Shown here: positions 24,023 through 37,050 of the stretch, in pieces
Layout of the letters: each line of letters opens with the position of its first letter
Numbering within the stretch: position 1 is the stretch's first letter
Assembly (NCBI GenBank): GCA_010909165.1
Contig: MU008196.1
Span: forward strand, 372,001 to 436,000
Direction: 5' to 3'
From: Anthoceros angustus
Taxonomy: Eukaryota; Plantae; Anthocerotophyta
DNA: 64,000 bases
Program-made: the position numbers and the translations under genes
Notes under the pieces: generated by a model
Told to the model about the DNA's origin: nothing
The model's input: the letters and a program-made list of their open reading frames with translations, nothing else
Databases searched by the model: none

Positions 24023-25018
24023 TGTCGAACTTAAAGTCGACAATAGGATACACTAAAATAAGGAGTGAGGCGGTGCAGCATATGTTGGCGGTGAGGAGGA
24101 GGCTGTGAGGACCTCCTATAAAAGGAGGGAGCTTGTGAAGTAAAATTATCGTGTCTTGCGCCCCATCCTCCCGAGTCCTTCACTTTGTGCAGGAATTTCG
24201 TGCACCGCAAGCCAACGCAGTCCGTAGAGAGGAGAACGCGGTCGGAGGCCGGGGCGGAGGGCTTGCTCTTGCAGCGCCCGCTAGCCGCTCCCTTGTGAAT
24301 GGTTGTGTGAATTGTTTTGCTTTGAGTGTGTGGCGATGCTCAAGGAACTCTCGGCTTGAGGGTAGACTGCAGGAAAGACTGGAGGTTCTCGCTGTCTGCA
24401 AACCACATAGCAACCGCCCAAGGAAGAACTCGCACTTCCTGACGGACCCAGGCAGCCGTAAGGGCGAGTTGGAATTAATGAGCCAGAATTGGTGTTAGAG
24501 TAGGAGATTGTGGAGGAAGGAAGGGTAGATGAGTAGAGAAGAAGAGGGCGTTGTTGATTGAGAGAGTGAGGAGGATTAGAGTGTAGGAAAACTAAGGCCA
24601 CAGTGCAGCCTAAGGGACGAATCCCAACTGCAAGTAAGAGGGCGCCCCGTGTGGAGAAGAGTGTCTTAGGAGTAGGGACGAAGTTGCGGTGTGGGTCGGG
24701 GGTCCTGGCGCCGTGATAGACACCTGCTAAGACGAACTGCAATTGTGTGGTGTCGTTGTAGGTTGAGGTTTGGTGAGTTTACAAGAGACGGGCGCGAGCT
24801 GCTGTAGAGGGAGCGTGAGAGGGCGCCTTGCTTGTTTAGAAGGCTGAGGTAGTGTGTAGCTGCGGTGTAGTGACGGATTTCTCAAGATTCGACTGCTCCC
24901 CAAGTCTCATGGGACGAAACCCAACGCATTTAAACGACAAAGGGATAAGTGTGGCCGCTAGAGGGGAATCTCGGAGTGCCCCGGGTTTTCCTCCCACATT
25001 TTTGGCGCTGCGGGACTT
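24023..25018 (+). repeat. LTR (24023-24998) followed by degenerate PBS (TTTTTGGCGCTGCGGGAC)
   Basis: Preceded by 3' internal sequence and followed by PBS, leader and gag, so it is an LTR shared between two tandem internal regions. Confidence 0.8.
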
Positions 25019-25261
25019 GTGGCTGAACAGCTGAAATTTTGAGATTTTCGTTGCTAGCTTGCAGTATGAGCTGAGAAGATCTTGTAAGGAGGTGGAGCGG
25101 GGGTCTAGGAAGAAGCCTACACGTCCTGGAACCTGCGTTGTGAAGGAGGAGCCCACGCCTCCGAATGGTGTGATTTTGTGTTCCGCAGCAAGAATGGCGC
25201 ATGGCGGTTGGCTGATTTTTCTTTAACAACCGTGTTTTGGAGGCTATGAGGATGCTTGCAG

Positions 25262-28200
25262 ATGACTAGCAGAGGGAGGGGAGAGGAGAAAACCATAGGA
25301 GGTCACCCCACCACATCGCAAGAGATCTAAGAGCTGCAAGAAGAAATCAATGGAGGAGGAAAACGCAGCGGTGGTTGCACGCGGCTCCAGGAGGAGGAAG
25401 AGCTAAGGGCGCTTGAGGAGGAGGTTTTGCCCTTGCCTACAAGGGGAGCCAAGTGATCCAGCGAAAACGCTTCGAGAAGGGACGTCAAATCACCGGCAAA
25501 CAAAGGAGGTGGTTGAAGAGGAGTTGGTATGTGAAGAGGAAAGCGAGGAGGAAGCACCGTTTCTGGAGCACGATTCAAGTTCAGCTACCAGCACTGGGCC
25601 TTCTCAACGCTGGACCTTCAGGAGTGGTGGATCTAGCTCAACTTCCAGCGAAACAGAAAGTGAAGAGGAGGGTGAGCAGTGGAGAATTTCAGGCATGGTC
25701 TGAAGATCTTGCGGAGCGCCTTGATAGAATCACTGCTCAGCTCACAATCTTGGGACGCACACCTAGGGGAGACACCATCCCACAACCGTCCCCAATCTTT
25801 TGTGCAGGACACCCTTTCTGCAGAGAACTTTGGTTGGAGAATTTACCTGCAGGAGAGGAAGGGAGTGTGAGTTCGCCTAGCTCATCTGGACCAAGCAACA
25901 TGAGTGGAACAGGAGTAGGAGGGGGATTTGCTGTTTGGATAGTTGTGTGTTGAGGGGTGTGAGCGTGCTTGCAAGTCTAGTCGGGAGGAGGAAGTAATTT
26001 CGTGTAGGAGTTGAGAGGAGATCACCCCGTCTTTGTCTGCAAGGGATTTGTGAGCTGAACGGAGATATCATGTGTGTGAAGAAAGCTTAGTTGCTGCTGC
26101 ACAATGTGCAAAGGAAGAAGCGGAGGAGAGAGCTCTTGGGGAGGAAGCTACATGTGCTAACATTTTCAAGGGTTCCGTTGAGGAAGAAGAGGTAGTTGTC
26201 TAAGAGCAAGAGGAGGTTGTGCTCACGGACAGCAAGAGGAAGGAGGTTGTTGCCGAGGAGTTGCTGATCAAGGGTGAGGGTCAAGAATCCGAGCCAGCGA
26301 TTAATAATTTCCAAGGTACATCTTCCGTTCCTGCAAGAGGAGGACTTTTTCGGCGTGGATTGTCGAGCTCTTCTAGCTCGAGTTTGTCGTCGTTAGAGGA
26401 GGAAGGCAAGAGGGTGAGATTTGGCGTGGATTGTTGAGCTCTTCTAGCTCGAGTTGGTCGTCGTAAGAGGAGGAAGGCAAGAGGGTGAGATTTGGTGGAG
26501 AAGTTGGGGTACGAGATCTAATGGTGAGGTTTTGCAAGGTCTTGATCAATTATTGCCCATCTTGCTGCCCTTTCAACCTTGCTTGTTAAGAGGACTGAGG
26601 CGCTTGTGTGCCCAAGTCTGTATAGTACATCCCGCTTGCAGATGTCTAGCAGAGGAGGAGGTTGTTGCCGAGGAGTTGGTATGTGAAGAGGAGGGAGGTG
26701 TGCCCACGCTTTGTGGACGCCTCAACCATGAGTGGAGGAAGTGGAGGTGGTGGAAGTCACCCCACCACATCGCAAGAGATCTAATGGTGAGATTTGGGAG
26801 AAGCAACGAGGTGAAGATGTTGAGGCTTTTGTGCAAACTTTTGAACATGTGACTCATGCGAATTTGGAAGCCTCATGGATTGTCTCAAATTTTCCTAGAG
26901 TACTTGAGGTCATGCCCAAGTGGTATAGTCACACGATGGAGCTGCATCAAGGTTGGGTTGGGATGATTTGAGAGCTGTATCTTTGAACCGGTTTTGTGGC
27001 TTAAGCTATGCACATCACACGTTGGTCCGGTTGAGGACTCTGCGAAGGAAGAGGAGGGAGTCTTTGTATGATTACATAGAGGAGAGAGTACCACCACGGC
27101 CACAAGGATGTAGCCTTCGCAAAAGCAAGGCCTATGGTATGACCTTTCTTGATAAAAGTTGGGAAACAGTAGGAAGGAGTTAGAGGAACACATGTAGATC
27201 CATGTGCCATAGAAAAATTAGAGCTAGAATGTGGTAAGGTGGTGAAGATTTCTAAGTGTAGAGGAGATGGTAGAGTTTAAGAAGGTGCAGGAAGAGCATG
27301 AGAATGCGTTTCATTTTTTGGCGGAGAGCGACTTGAGGCCACAGATGACCGATTTTCGACGAGGAGTTGGTTGCCACGGCCTGGGTTGAAGGGGAGGACG
27401 TGAGCATGTTGTAGACGGCCTAAGGATTGATCAGCAAGCCTTGCTGCCAGCAGAGAGGTCAAATGAGCAAGAAGGGAGCGCAGTGAAAGGCTGCAGCAGG
27501 ACAATCTGGAAATCCGAGAGGGGATAAAAGGGCGCCAGTATGGGCGCGAGGAGGAGGCTGGAATGCTCCTCAAGGGTGAGCAGTCAGGAGGGCTGCAAGT
27601 GGAGGCCAGCCGTTGGCAAAAGAAAGAAGCGAAAACGGATATGGGAGCGTCAGTTTCAAGCAAAAGAAAAGGCGCCCCCACTTGGCGAGGTCAGAAGCCA
27701 GGCGCCATGGGGCCGCGAGGAGGAGAAGGCCCTAGGGAGGTAGGTGCGCCAGAGGGCGAGGAAGGAGATGCATCCCATGAGAAGCTTGAGCAAAACGGGG
27801 AAGAGCATGAGAATGCGGGTTTCATTTTTTGGCGGAGAGCGACTTGAGGCCACAGATGACCGATTTTCGACGAGGAGTTGGTTGCCACGGCCTGGGTTGA
27901 AGGGGAGGACGTGAGCATGTTGTAGACGGCCTAAGGATTGATCAGCAAGCCTTGCTGCCAGAGAGGTCAAATGAGCAAGAAGGGGAGCGCGTTGTGAAAG
28001 GCAGCAGACAACTGGAAATCCGAGAGGATAAAAGGGCGCCAGTATGGGCGCGAGGAGGCTGGAATGCTCCTCAAGGGTGAGCAGTCAGGAGGGCTGCAAG
28101 TGGAGGCCAGACGTTGGCAAAAGAAAGAAGCGAAAACGGATATGGGAGCGTCAGTTTCAAGCAAAAGAAAAGGCGCCCCCACTTGGCGAGGTCAGAAGCC

Positions 28201-30290
28201 AGGCGCCATGGGGCCGCGAGGAGGAGAAGGCCCTAGGGAGGTAGGTGCGCCAGAGGGCGAGGAAGGAGATGCATCCCATGAGAAGCTTGAGCAAAAACGG
28301 CAGGAGAAGAAAATGGCAGATTCATGGGAAATCACTCATGAGGTGGCCATGGGGGTGCAAACAGGCGAGGAGGTCGCCATGGGAGCACGAGCTGGACCTG
28401 GACACGAGGCTAGACCAGCAGGAATGGAAGAAATCGAACGTTGTTGGAGGAGGAGCATGCAAACGGCCGCAGCTCAAAACTTGCGCATGGACAAAGCGGG
28501 AGAAACTGGATTTGTGGATGGAACAACGCCGTGGGCTGCTGGTGGGCGAGCTAGCAGGAGGCGACGTGGTATGCGTGGAAGGAGGAGATTAGAACGTGAA
28601 GGACTCCCATGTCCATGTTATTGAATGGTGAGGTATGAAATTTCTTGGAGCACGGAATCATGTTGGATAGTTTGTCTAGGGAAGGGCGTGCTGTCTTTCT
28701 CCCTAGAGCTGTGCCTTATTGTCTAAGAGATGGGGTCTTATACAAGCTTGGTTTGGATGAGAAGATCCGACGTTGTTTGAAGGAAGGAAGCTTCTCTTCT
28801 TAAAGAAGCTTTGCATGCGTAAGAGGTTGGAGGCCATTATTCGTAAATCACGGTGAAGAAGATCTTAGATGCAGGCATTATGGGCTTCTGGTGAGGAGAA
28901 GGTGACAACCAAGAAGACTCTTATTATTTAACATATGATGCCCATTGAATTTGAAGTACCTACCTATAGAATCATGGAGGATGAGCATGGTGAGGATAGT
29001 CGTGGCTAGACTAGAGTCTTTCATAGAGCAGGAGGCGTGGTATGCGTGGAAGGAGGAGATTAGAACGTGAAGGACTCCCATGTCCACGTTATTGAATGGT
29101 GAGGTATGAAATTTCTTGGAGCACGGAATCATGTTGGATAGTTTGTCTAGGGAAGGGCGTGCTGTCTTTCTCCCTAGAGCTGTGCCTTATTGTCTAAGAG
29201 ATGGGGTCTTATACAAGCTTGGTTTGGATGAGAAGATCCGACGTTGTTTGAAGGGAAGGAAGCTTCTCTTCTTAAAGAAGCTTTGCATGCGTAAGAGGTT
29301 GGAGGCCATTATTCGTAAATCACGGTGAAGAAGATCTTAGATGCAGGCATTATGGGCTTCTGGTGAGGAGAAGGTGACAACCAAGAAGACTCTTATTATT
29401 TAACATATGATGCCCATTGAATTTGAAGTACCTACCTATAGAATCATGGAGGATGAGCATGGTAGAGGATAGTCGTGGCTAGACTAGAATCTTTCATAGA
29501 GCAGGAGGCGTGGTATGCGTGGAAGGAGGAGATTAGAACGTGAAGGACTCCCATGTCCACGTTATTGAATGGTGAGGTATGAAATTTCTTGGAGCACGGA
29601 ATCATGTTGGATAGTTTGTCTAGGGAAGGGCGTGCTGTCTTTCTCCCTAGAGCTGTGCCTTATTGTCTAAGAGATGGGGTCTTATACAAGCTTGGTTTGG
29701 ATGAGAAGATCCGACGTTGTTTGAAGGGAAGGAAGCTTCTTAAAGAAGCTTTGCATGCGTAAGAGGTTGGAGGCCATTATTCAGTAAATCACGGTGAAGA
29801 AGATCTTAGATGCAGGCATTATGGGCTTACAGACAGGAGAAGGTGACAACCAAGAAGACCTCTTATTATTTAACATATGGCATGTCTCCATTGAATTTGA
29901 AGTACCTACCTATAGAATCATGGAGGATGAACGCATGATCAGAGGATAGTCGTGGCTAGACTAGAGTCTTTCATAGAGCATGAGGAACGAGGGAAGATGC
30001 TTTAGAAGAAACTCAAATTCGGAGCTTAGAAAGGATAGGCATGATGGGAAGTTGAGGAAGCAAGAAGCTATCATGGCGGGATTTGGTTCTTCTATATGAT
30101 AGCCGTTATATGGACTTCCTGGAAGCTTAGGTTGAGATGGATGGGACCTTATGAGGTGGTGGCGGTGTATGAGAATGGATCCGCAATTACGAGTCGGATG
30201 GGGATTTGCCAACTAGAGTGAATGGGTGGAAGGTTAAGAAGTACCTTCAGAGATCTGTTTGCGAGGACGCAAACAGTGAGGAGGGAGTAT
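25262..30290 (+). pseudogene. Second gag-integrase region, heavily frameshifted; integrase core deleted and zinc-finger part triplicated
   Basis: Inverted homolog of 7289-11191. Same gag-to-RNase H-tip junction at ~27200-27300. Three ~460-bp repeats lie at ~28560-29900, each jumping from KKILDAG to VTTKKT. Confidence 0.8.
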
Positions 30291-31522
30291 GTGGAACGCA
30301 AAAGTTTGGGCAACAAGCTTAAATGAGTTCGTTTTGAAACAGCCCACACTCTTTGCTAGAAATGGTTTGGTGAAGACATGCAAGGAAATTTTTGCTCCTT
30401 TTGAGCGGGAGTTGTAGGACCATGTCGGAAGGCAGAGGATATGCAGGAAAAGAAACGGGTCAAAACGACCTTGGTGAGAAAAGGTAACCTACATGAGTGG
30501 TAGGAGGTGTCCTACCAGGAGAAACTCCTACCATGGTGACGAGGGTAGGAGAGATCCTACCACCGTAGGAGAATGACCCTGCTAGTGTTTTGATCACCTA
30601 CCAGTGTAGGAATAGCTCCTAGGAAGGTATCCTACCGCCGTAGGAGAAACTCCTACCGTGGTAGGAGAAAGGGGAAAACGCCTACCATGGTAGGAGGATG
30701 TCCTACCACGGTAGGAGGTAGGTTGCTAAGGAAAGTAGCTTATGTTTTAGGCAGGATAGGCTTGCTATATGTAGAGTCTTTTAGTGGACTAGATAAATAG
30801 GCCAAAATAGGTAATTAAGAAATTAGAGGCTAATTTTCAGTAATTAGAAATTAGAAAATAGGGAAATGGTATTTTAGTATAAGGAATTAGGAAACTAACA
30901 TCAATGGTGAGAGGGGCCACGTGGCACACATCCAAGGGCAGGATAGAATGGTAGTTACTTTTCTAACCCTTGGGTGACTTATAAAAGTGGCTGGTGCTGC
31001 AGGAGGCCACAACTCGAAACTTGAAGAGACGGCCTCACAGAAGGCGCCGCCACACCTCAAGCTGCCCAAGGCCCCATACAACCGCCATGTGAGGAGGAGA
31101 AGGAGGCGCAAGCTCAAGGAGGCGAGAAATCCAGCGCCCAAGAGAGGAAGAAGAGAAGGAGGAAAAGAGAAGAAGAGAAGGGAGAAGAAGGTTGGGGCGC
31201 AACACTTGCCAAGCTCGTGAGGGTGCCTAGGAGGGTGGAGCGTGGCAAGATTGCTAGGAAACCGTGCAGGAAGGGCTCCTAAATTGCGTGTGTAAGAGTC
31301 CGGGAGAATTTTGGTGAGCTTTCTCTTGCAGGAGAAATCGGGGTTTTGAGGCACCAAGGTGTAAGGACTGCAGGAGGAGAGCAAGGGCAAGGACCTTTGA
31401 GCTGTGAGCAAGAGCAAATCCGAGGAGGAGAAACGTTTGCAAGGATAAGAAGAGCGGTCTGCAGGAATTGCAGAGAGGCATCACTTTTCTTCAATTTCGT
31501 GCAAGTACTAACCAAGGAGGCC

Positions 31523-34500
31523 ATGACCAAGCCTACCATGACCAAGGGCAAGGAGGTAGTAGCTAAGGAAGGAGCGTCCACCAAGGAGGTGGCGCAGGAG
31601 GAGAGCAAGGGCAAGAGGTCTAAGGCAGGAGGATCAGACCCCGGAGGGTGGAAATTTGACATGCCCTTGTTTACGTGCTATGCAGGCCAGCTATCCTCTA
31701 GAGACCTTTCAGACTTTCGACCTTGGGCAGCAGAGGAGAATATACAGCTAGAGTGGGTGTATGGGCGACATTGGTCCTACACCAACCTTGAATTGATAGA
31801 AGAGTGTTTTGCTAATTTGCAGCAGACGGAAGAGGAATTGGCCGCCTTACCGGATAGAACGCACGGACGGATCCACGGTGTTGGGTGTAAGGACTGCAGG
31901 AGGAGAGCAAGGGCAAGGACCTTTGAGCTGTGAGCAAGAGCAAATCCGAGGAGGAGAAACGTTTGCAAGGATAAGAAGTGGTGTGGCCGCAGGAATTGCA
32001 GAGGCATCACTTTTCTTCAATTTCTGCAAGTACTAACCAAGGAGGCCATGACCAAGCCTACCATGACCAAGGGCAAGGAGGTAGTAGCTAAGGAAGGAGC
32101 GTCCACCAAGGAGGTGGCGCAGGAGGCAAGAGGTCTAAGGCGGAGGATCGACCGGAGGGTGGAAATTTGACATGCCCTTATTTACGTGCTATGCAGGCCA
32201 GCTATCCTCTAGAGACCTTTCGACTTTCGACCTTGGGCAGCAGAGGAGAATATTCAGCTAGAGTGGGTGTATGGGCGACATTGGTCTTACACCAACCTTG
32301 AATTGATAGAGGAGTGTTTTGCTAATTTGCAGCAGACGGAAGAGGAATTGGCCGCCTTACCGGATAGAACGCACGGACGGATCCACGGTGTTGGATGTAA
32401 GGAGGTGCCGCAGGAGGAGAGCAAGGGCAAGGACCTTTGAGCTGTGAGCAAGAGCAAATCCGAGGAGGAGAAACGTTTGCAAGGATAAGAAGTGGTGTGG
32501 CCGCAGGAATTGCAGAGGCATCACTTTTCTTCAATTTCTGCAAGTACTAACCAAGGAGGCCATGACCAAGCCTACCATGACCAAGGGCAAGGAGGTAGTA
32601 GCTAAGGAAGGAGCGTCCACCAAGGAGGTGGCGCAGGAGGCAAGAGGTCTAAGGCGGGAGGATCGACCGGAGGGTGGAAATTTGACATGCCCTTATTTAC
32701 GTGCTATGCAGGCCAGCTATCCTCTAGAGACCTTTCGACTTTCGACCTTGGGCAGCAGAGGAGAATATTCAGCTAGAGTGGGTGTATGGGCGACATTGGT
32801 CTTACACCAACCTTGAATTGATAGAGGAGTGTTTTGCTAATTTGCAGCAGACGGAAGAGGAATTGGCCGCCTTACCGGATAGAACGCAGACGGATCCACG
32901 GTGTTGGATGTAAGGAGCATACGCCGTATATGGCGGCGGATAGCGAGGATAGCGGAATCACGTTGATGGAAGGAACGAGTGGAGGCAAGCGTGCATCAAC
33001 GGCGGATCTTCCCAAGGAGCCCTTACACTTATGCAAGGGGCATGAAGGCTAAGTCCAAGAACGGTTGGCGACGGACCAAATCTTGGAGCCCAAGTGGAGA
33101 TTGTTCACAAGAATTGTTTTGGGCTTGGTGAGCAATCCAAGGGTGTCATATTTCAGCACTACCTTCCTCCATTTTCTATGGAAGATCACTCAAGGAGCGA
33201 AGCCGGATTGGGGCTCATCATGTATGAAGCATACACCTACCACCGGAAAAGTTGTCAAACCCAACGCGTCGGATGAAGATGTCAGGCCATGCTATCTTAG
33301 CACTTATCTAGTGCATTTGTGGGAAGTAGAGGGCTACTCACAAGTAAGGAGTTGGATGATTCCAAGCATCCCTTTAACATTGTGTACTTACGGAGAGGGA
33401 CAGGAGTGCTTGGTGCTTTGCTAAAGGAGGTGCCGCAGCACCACCGGACATTATTCGGAAGGAATCCTCCAAAGATAGGCCGAGGATGTGCAGGAGGACT
33501 TGCAAGGAGAAGTTGTAGGGGATTTGAAGTTTGGACCGGAGGATGCGGAGATGGAAGGTAGGATAGATCCTACCATGGCAGAATCCGCGAGGGTGGGAGG
33601 TGTTCCCACGGTTTGGGACCCCTTCGTCCTCTCATGACAAGGCCTACGGTGGCAGAATTAGTCCTACCACGGTAGGAAGTAGTCCTACCACGGTAGGAGC
33701 ACCTCCTACCACGGTAGGAGGAAAGGAAGTCACGGTTTGGAAGCTCCCAAGCGGGAGATAAGAAGGCAACCGGCCCTGCTAGGTGGGCGAGCGGATGGAG
33801 TCGCGGTGGGAGGAGTTGCCCCACCGAGTGATAAGCGGGGAGCTCATCATAGGGAAGCAAGGGATGTGAGATCCCATGAACAAGGCAAAGGCCTTGAGTC
33901 TCCCGGAGGTAAGACAGGAGACTTAGACATGTTGGAGGAGATGCTGCGCATAGGGGAGATGTTCAGCAAGGTGGATATGGAAGCGGCCAAGAGGAGGGCC
34001 GAATTCTTGAAGACGGAGGCGGAAAAGACAAGGACCTACCAAGCAAGGGAAATTGCAGGTAGGCGAGCGGAAACCCAGCGGCAGGAGGATGTTATGAGGA
34101 TGGAAGCTCAAGTGGAGCACTTGGAAAAGAGTCTTGAGACAAGGCAACAGGAAACAAACCATCATATTCGGGAGAACAAGGCTCTTACCAAGCAATTGGC
34201 AGCTCGAGAGGAGAAGGTGGAGCAACTTGCTCACATGGTGCGCACATGGGAAAAGAAGGCGGAAGACAAGCAAGTGCTGCTAATGGAGGAGAGGTCAAGA
34301 CGAGCAATCTCGCAGAATGAGGCAGACAAAGGCAAGTAGGCGCATGAGCGGGTCATAGCCACACAGCCGTGAAGATTAGTGACATGGAAAAGGAGCTGGG
34401 AGAAATCCGGAGGCTGGAATTGAAGGAAGAAGAGCTGGAAGAACGGACACATTTTGTCCAAAGATTGGAAATGGAACGAGAAGTCCAAAGAACGGAGAGT

Positions 34501-35640
34501 GCACAACTCCCTAGGAGGATAGGGGAGTTGGAGGAAGAAATGGCAAAGGAGAAAGGCCGTCATGAGGCGGTGCGCATGGGAAAAGAAGGAAGACAAGCAA
34601 GTGCTAATGGAGGAAAGGTCAAGACGAGAGCAATCTCGCAGAATGAGGCAAGACAAAGGCAAGTAGGCGCATGAGCGGGTCATAGCCACACAGCCGTGAA
34701 GATTAGTGACATGGAAAAGGAGCTGGGAGAAATCCGGAGGCTGGAATTGAAGGAAGAAGAGCTGGAAGAACGGACACATTTTGTCCAAAGATTGGAAATG
34801 GAACGAGAAGTCCAAAGAACGGAGAGTGCACAACTCCCTAGGAGGATAGGGGAGTTGGAGGAAGAAATGGCAAAGGAGAAAGGCCGTCATGAGGCGGTGG
34901 TGCAGCATATGTTGGCGGTGAGGAGAGAGATTTCGGGCTGATTATGCCCTACAAGAGATTGATCCGCCAACCGCAGAATGAGAGGACGGAGAATGTGGCT
35001 CTCCATGTCAAGACCGTGAGCTGGCCTTGAGCGAGATGCTTACAAAAGCAAGTGTGAGCATGGAGTATGGCTTGAGGATTACGAAGAATTGGAGATGGCA
35101 CAACAACGATTTGCAGCCCATCTTCACAACAAGGTGCTCAAGGCCACTAACGAGTTGTTGCGACTTGCTGAAAGGAGGATGTTGGGACCTCATGACGATG
35201 ATAGGGAGGCCCTCATGCAAGTCCAACCGGAAGCCTTAGACTTGGAGAGTGTCCCAAGCAGGGTGAAGAAACTTCGCACTGTGGAGAAGCAAGTGAAGGA
35301 GAAGCTGCAGGTGGAGAGAATCACCCTGTGAAGGGGTAAGGAAGAAGAAACGACCATGGTAGGAGGATAGGGGAGTTGGAGGAAGAAGAAACGACCATGG
35401 TAGGAGGATAGGGGAGTTGGAGGAAGGAAGGGATTCAAGGTCGCTAGCATGGATTTGACGGCAAGGGAGGCGAGTACCTTGGCCCTTGCAGAAAGAAGGA
35501 AGAGGGGTTGATCTTGCAGAATGGAGCAAGAATCACAAGGAGAAGACCAACCTCCTAACATGGGTGCAGGAGCAAGGAGCTCACTTGCTCCACAAGTGAG
35601 AGGAAGAGGAGAAGGCGAGGATGAGCCAAGGCTAAGAGAG
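31523..35640 (+). pseudogene. Extra 3' ORF of the retroelement (env-like position): conserved N-terminal domain + PTTVG linker + long coiled coil; broken by indels and duplications
   Basis: Same strand as gag-pol, between integrase and the LTR. Segments are recoverable from ORFs 31346, 33065, 33737, 34369, 34696 and 35089. Confidence 0.7.
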
Positions 35641-35887
35641 CCCGGCTATTTTATTGGAGGAAGGAACTCAAGATAGGCATCAAGATAAGGAAGGGATTCA
35701 TAAGAAGTCCTTAAATTAGCTTGAAGACATGGGGCAAGATGCCACTTGGGAAGACTTTTCTTTAGAGGAGGACAGCATTAATGCTTGTCAGAGAGTGTGT
35801 TGACTAGCTAGATAGGAATGTTGACAGAGCCATTAAGGCTCACATAGGTGAATTTGCTAGAATAGAATTTTACCCAAGATGCTTGGA

Positions 35888-37050
35888 TGTCGAACTTAAA
35901 GTCGACAATAGGATACACTAAAATAAGGAGTAAGGCGGTGCAGGAGGCGCGCCGAGGCTGTATGTGAGGACCTCCCTATAAAAGGAGGGAGCTTGTGAAG
36001 TAAAATTATCGTGTCTTGCGCTCCCATCCTCCCGAGTCCTTCACTTTGTGCAGAATTTCGTGCCGCAAGCCAACGCAGGTCCGTAGAGAGGAGAACGCGG
36101 TCGGAGTGGAGGGCTTGCTCTTTGCAGGCGCCCCTGCTAGCTGCTCCCCTTGTGAATGGTTGCTGTGTGAATTGTTTTGCTTTGAGTGTGTGGCGATGCT
36201 CAAGGAACTCTCGGCTTGAGGGTAGACTGCAGGGAAAGACTCCCTGGAGGTTCTCGCTGTCTGCAAACCACATAGCAACCGGCCCAAGGAAGAACTCGTT
36301 AATTTCCGGACGGACCCCAGGCAGTTGTGCCGTAAGGGCGAGTTGGAATTAATGAGCCAGCAATTGGTGTTAGAGTAGGAGATTGTGGAGGAAGGAAGGG
36401 TAGATGAGTAGAGAAGAAGAGGGCGTTGTTGATTGAGAGAGTTGTGAGGAGGATTAGAGTGTAGGAAAAACGGAAGGCCACAGGCAGAGCCTAAGGGACG
36501 AATCCCAACTGCAAGTAAGGGCGAGTTGGAATTAATGAGCCAGCAATTGGTGTTAGAGTAGGAGATTGTGGAGGAAGGAAGGGTAGATGAGTAGAGAAGA
36601 AGAGGGCGTTGTTGATTGAGAGAGTTGTGAGGAGGATTAGAGTGTAGGAAAACTAAGGCCATGTGAGCCTAAGGGACGAATCCCAACTGCAAGTAAGAGG
36701 GCGCTCCTGTGGAGAAGAGTGTCTTAGGAGTAGGGACGAAGTTGCGGTGTGGGTCGGGGTCCTGGCGCCCGTGATAGACACCTTCTTGTTGGGCGTAACA
36801 CGCAATTGTGTGGTGTCGTTGTAGGTTGAGGTTTGGTGAGTTCTGAGCGATCGGGCGTAGGCTCGTAGAGGGAGCGTGAGAGGCGCCTTGCTTGTTTAGA
36901 AGGCTGAGGTAGTGTGTAGCTGCAGTAGTGACGGATTTCTCAAGATTCGACCGTTCCCCAAGTCTCATGGGACGAAACCCAGCGTCTGCTTGTGATAAGT
37001 GTGGCCGCTAGAGGGGAATCTCGGGAGTGCCCCGGGGTTTTCCTCCCACA
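35888..37050 (+). repeat. LTR with internal ~190-bp duplication
   Basis: TGTCGAAC at 35888, CCTCCCACA ending at 37050, duplication junction on GTAAGGGCG at 36515. Confidence 0.85.

Noticed and set aside
31523-35640. Bona fide envelope glycoprotein, or captured myosin/SMC host gene
   Set aside because: No signal peptide or clear transmembrane helix, and no motor or ATPase motifs. Coiled-coil composition alone does not show host origin.
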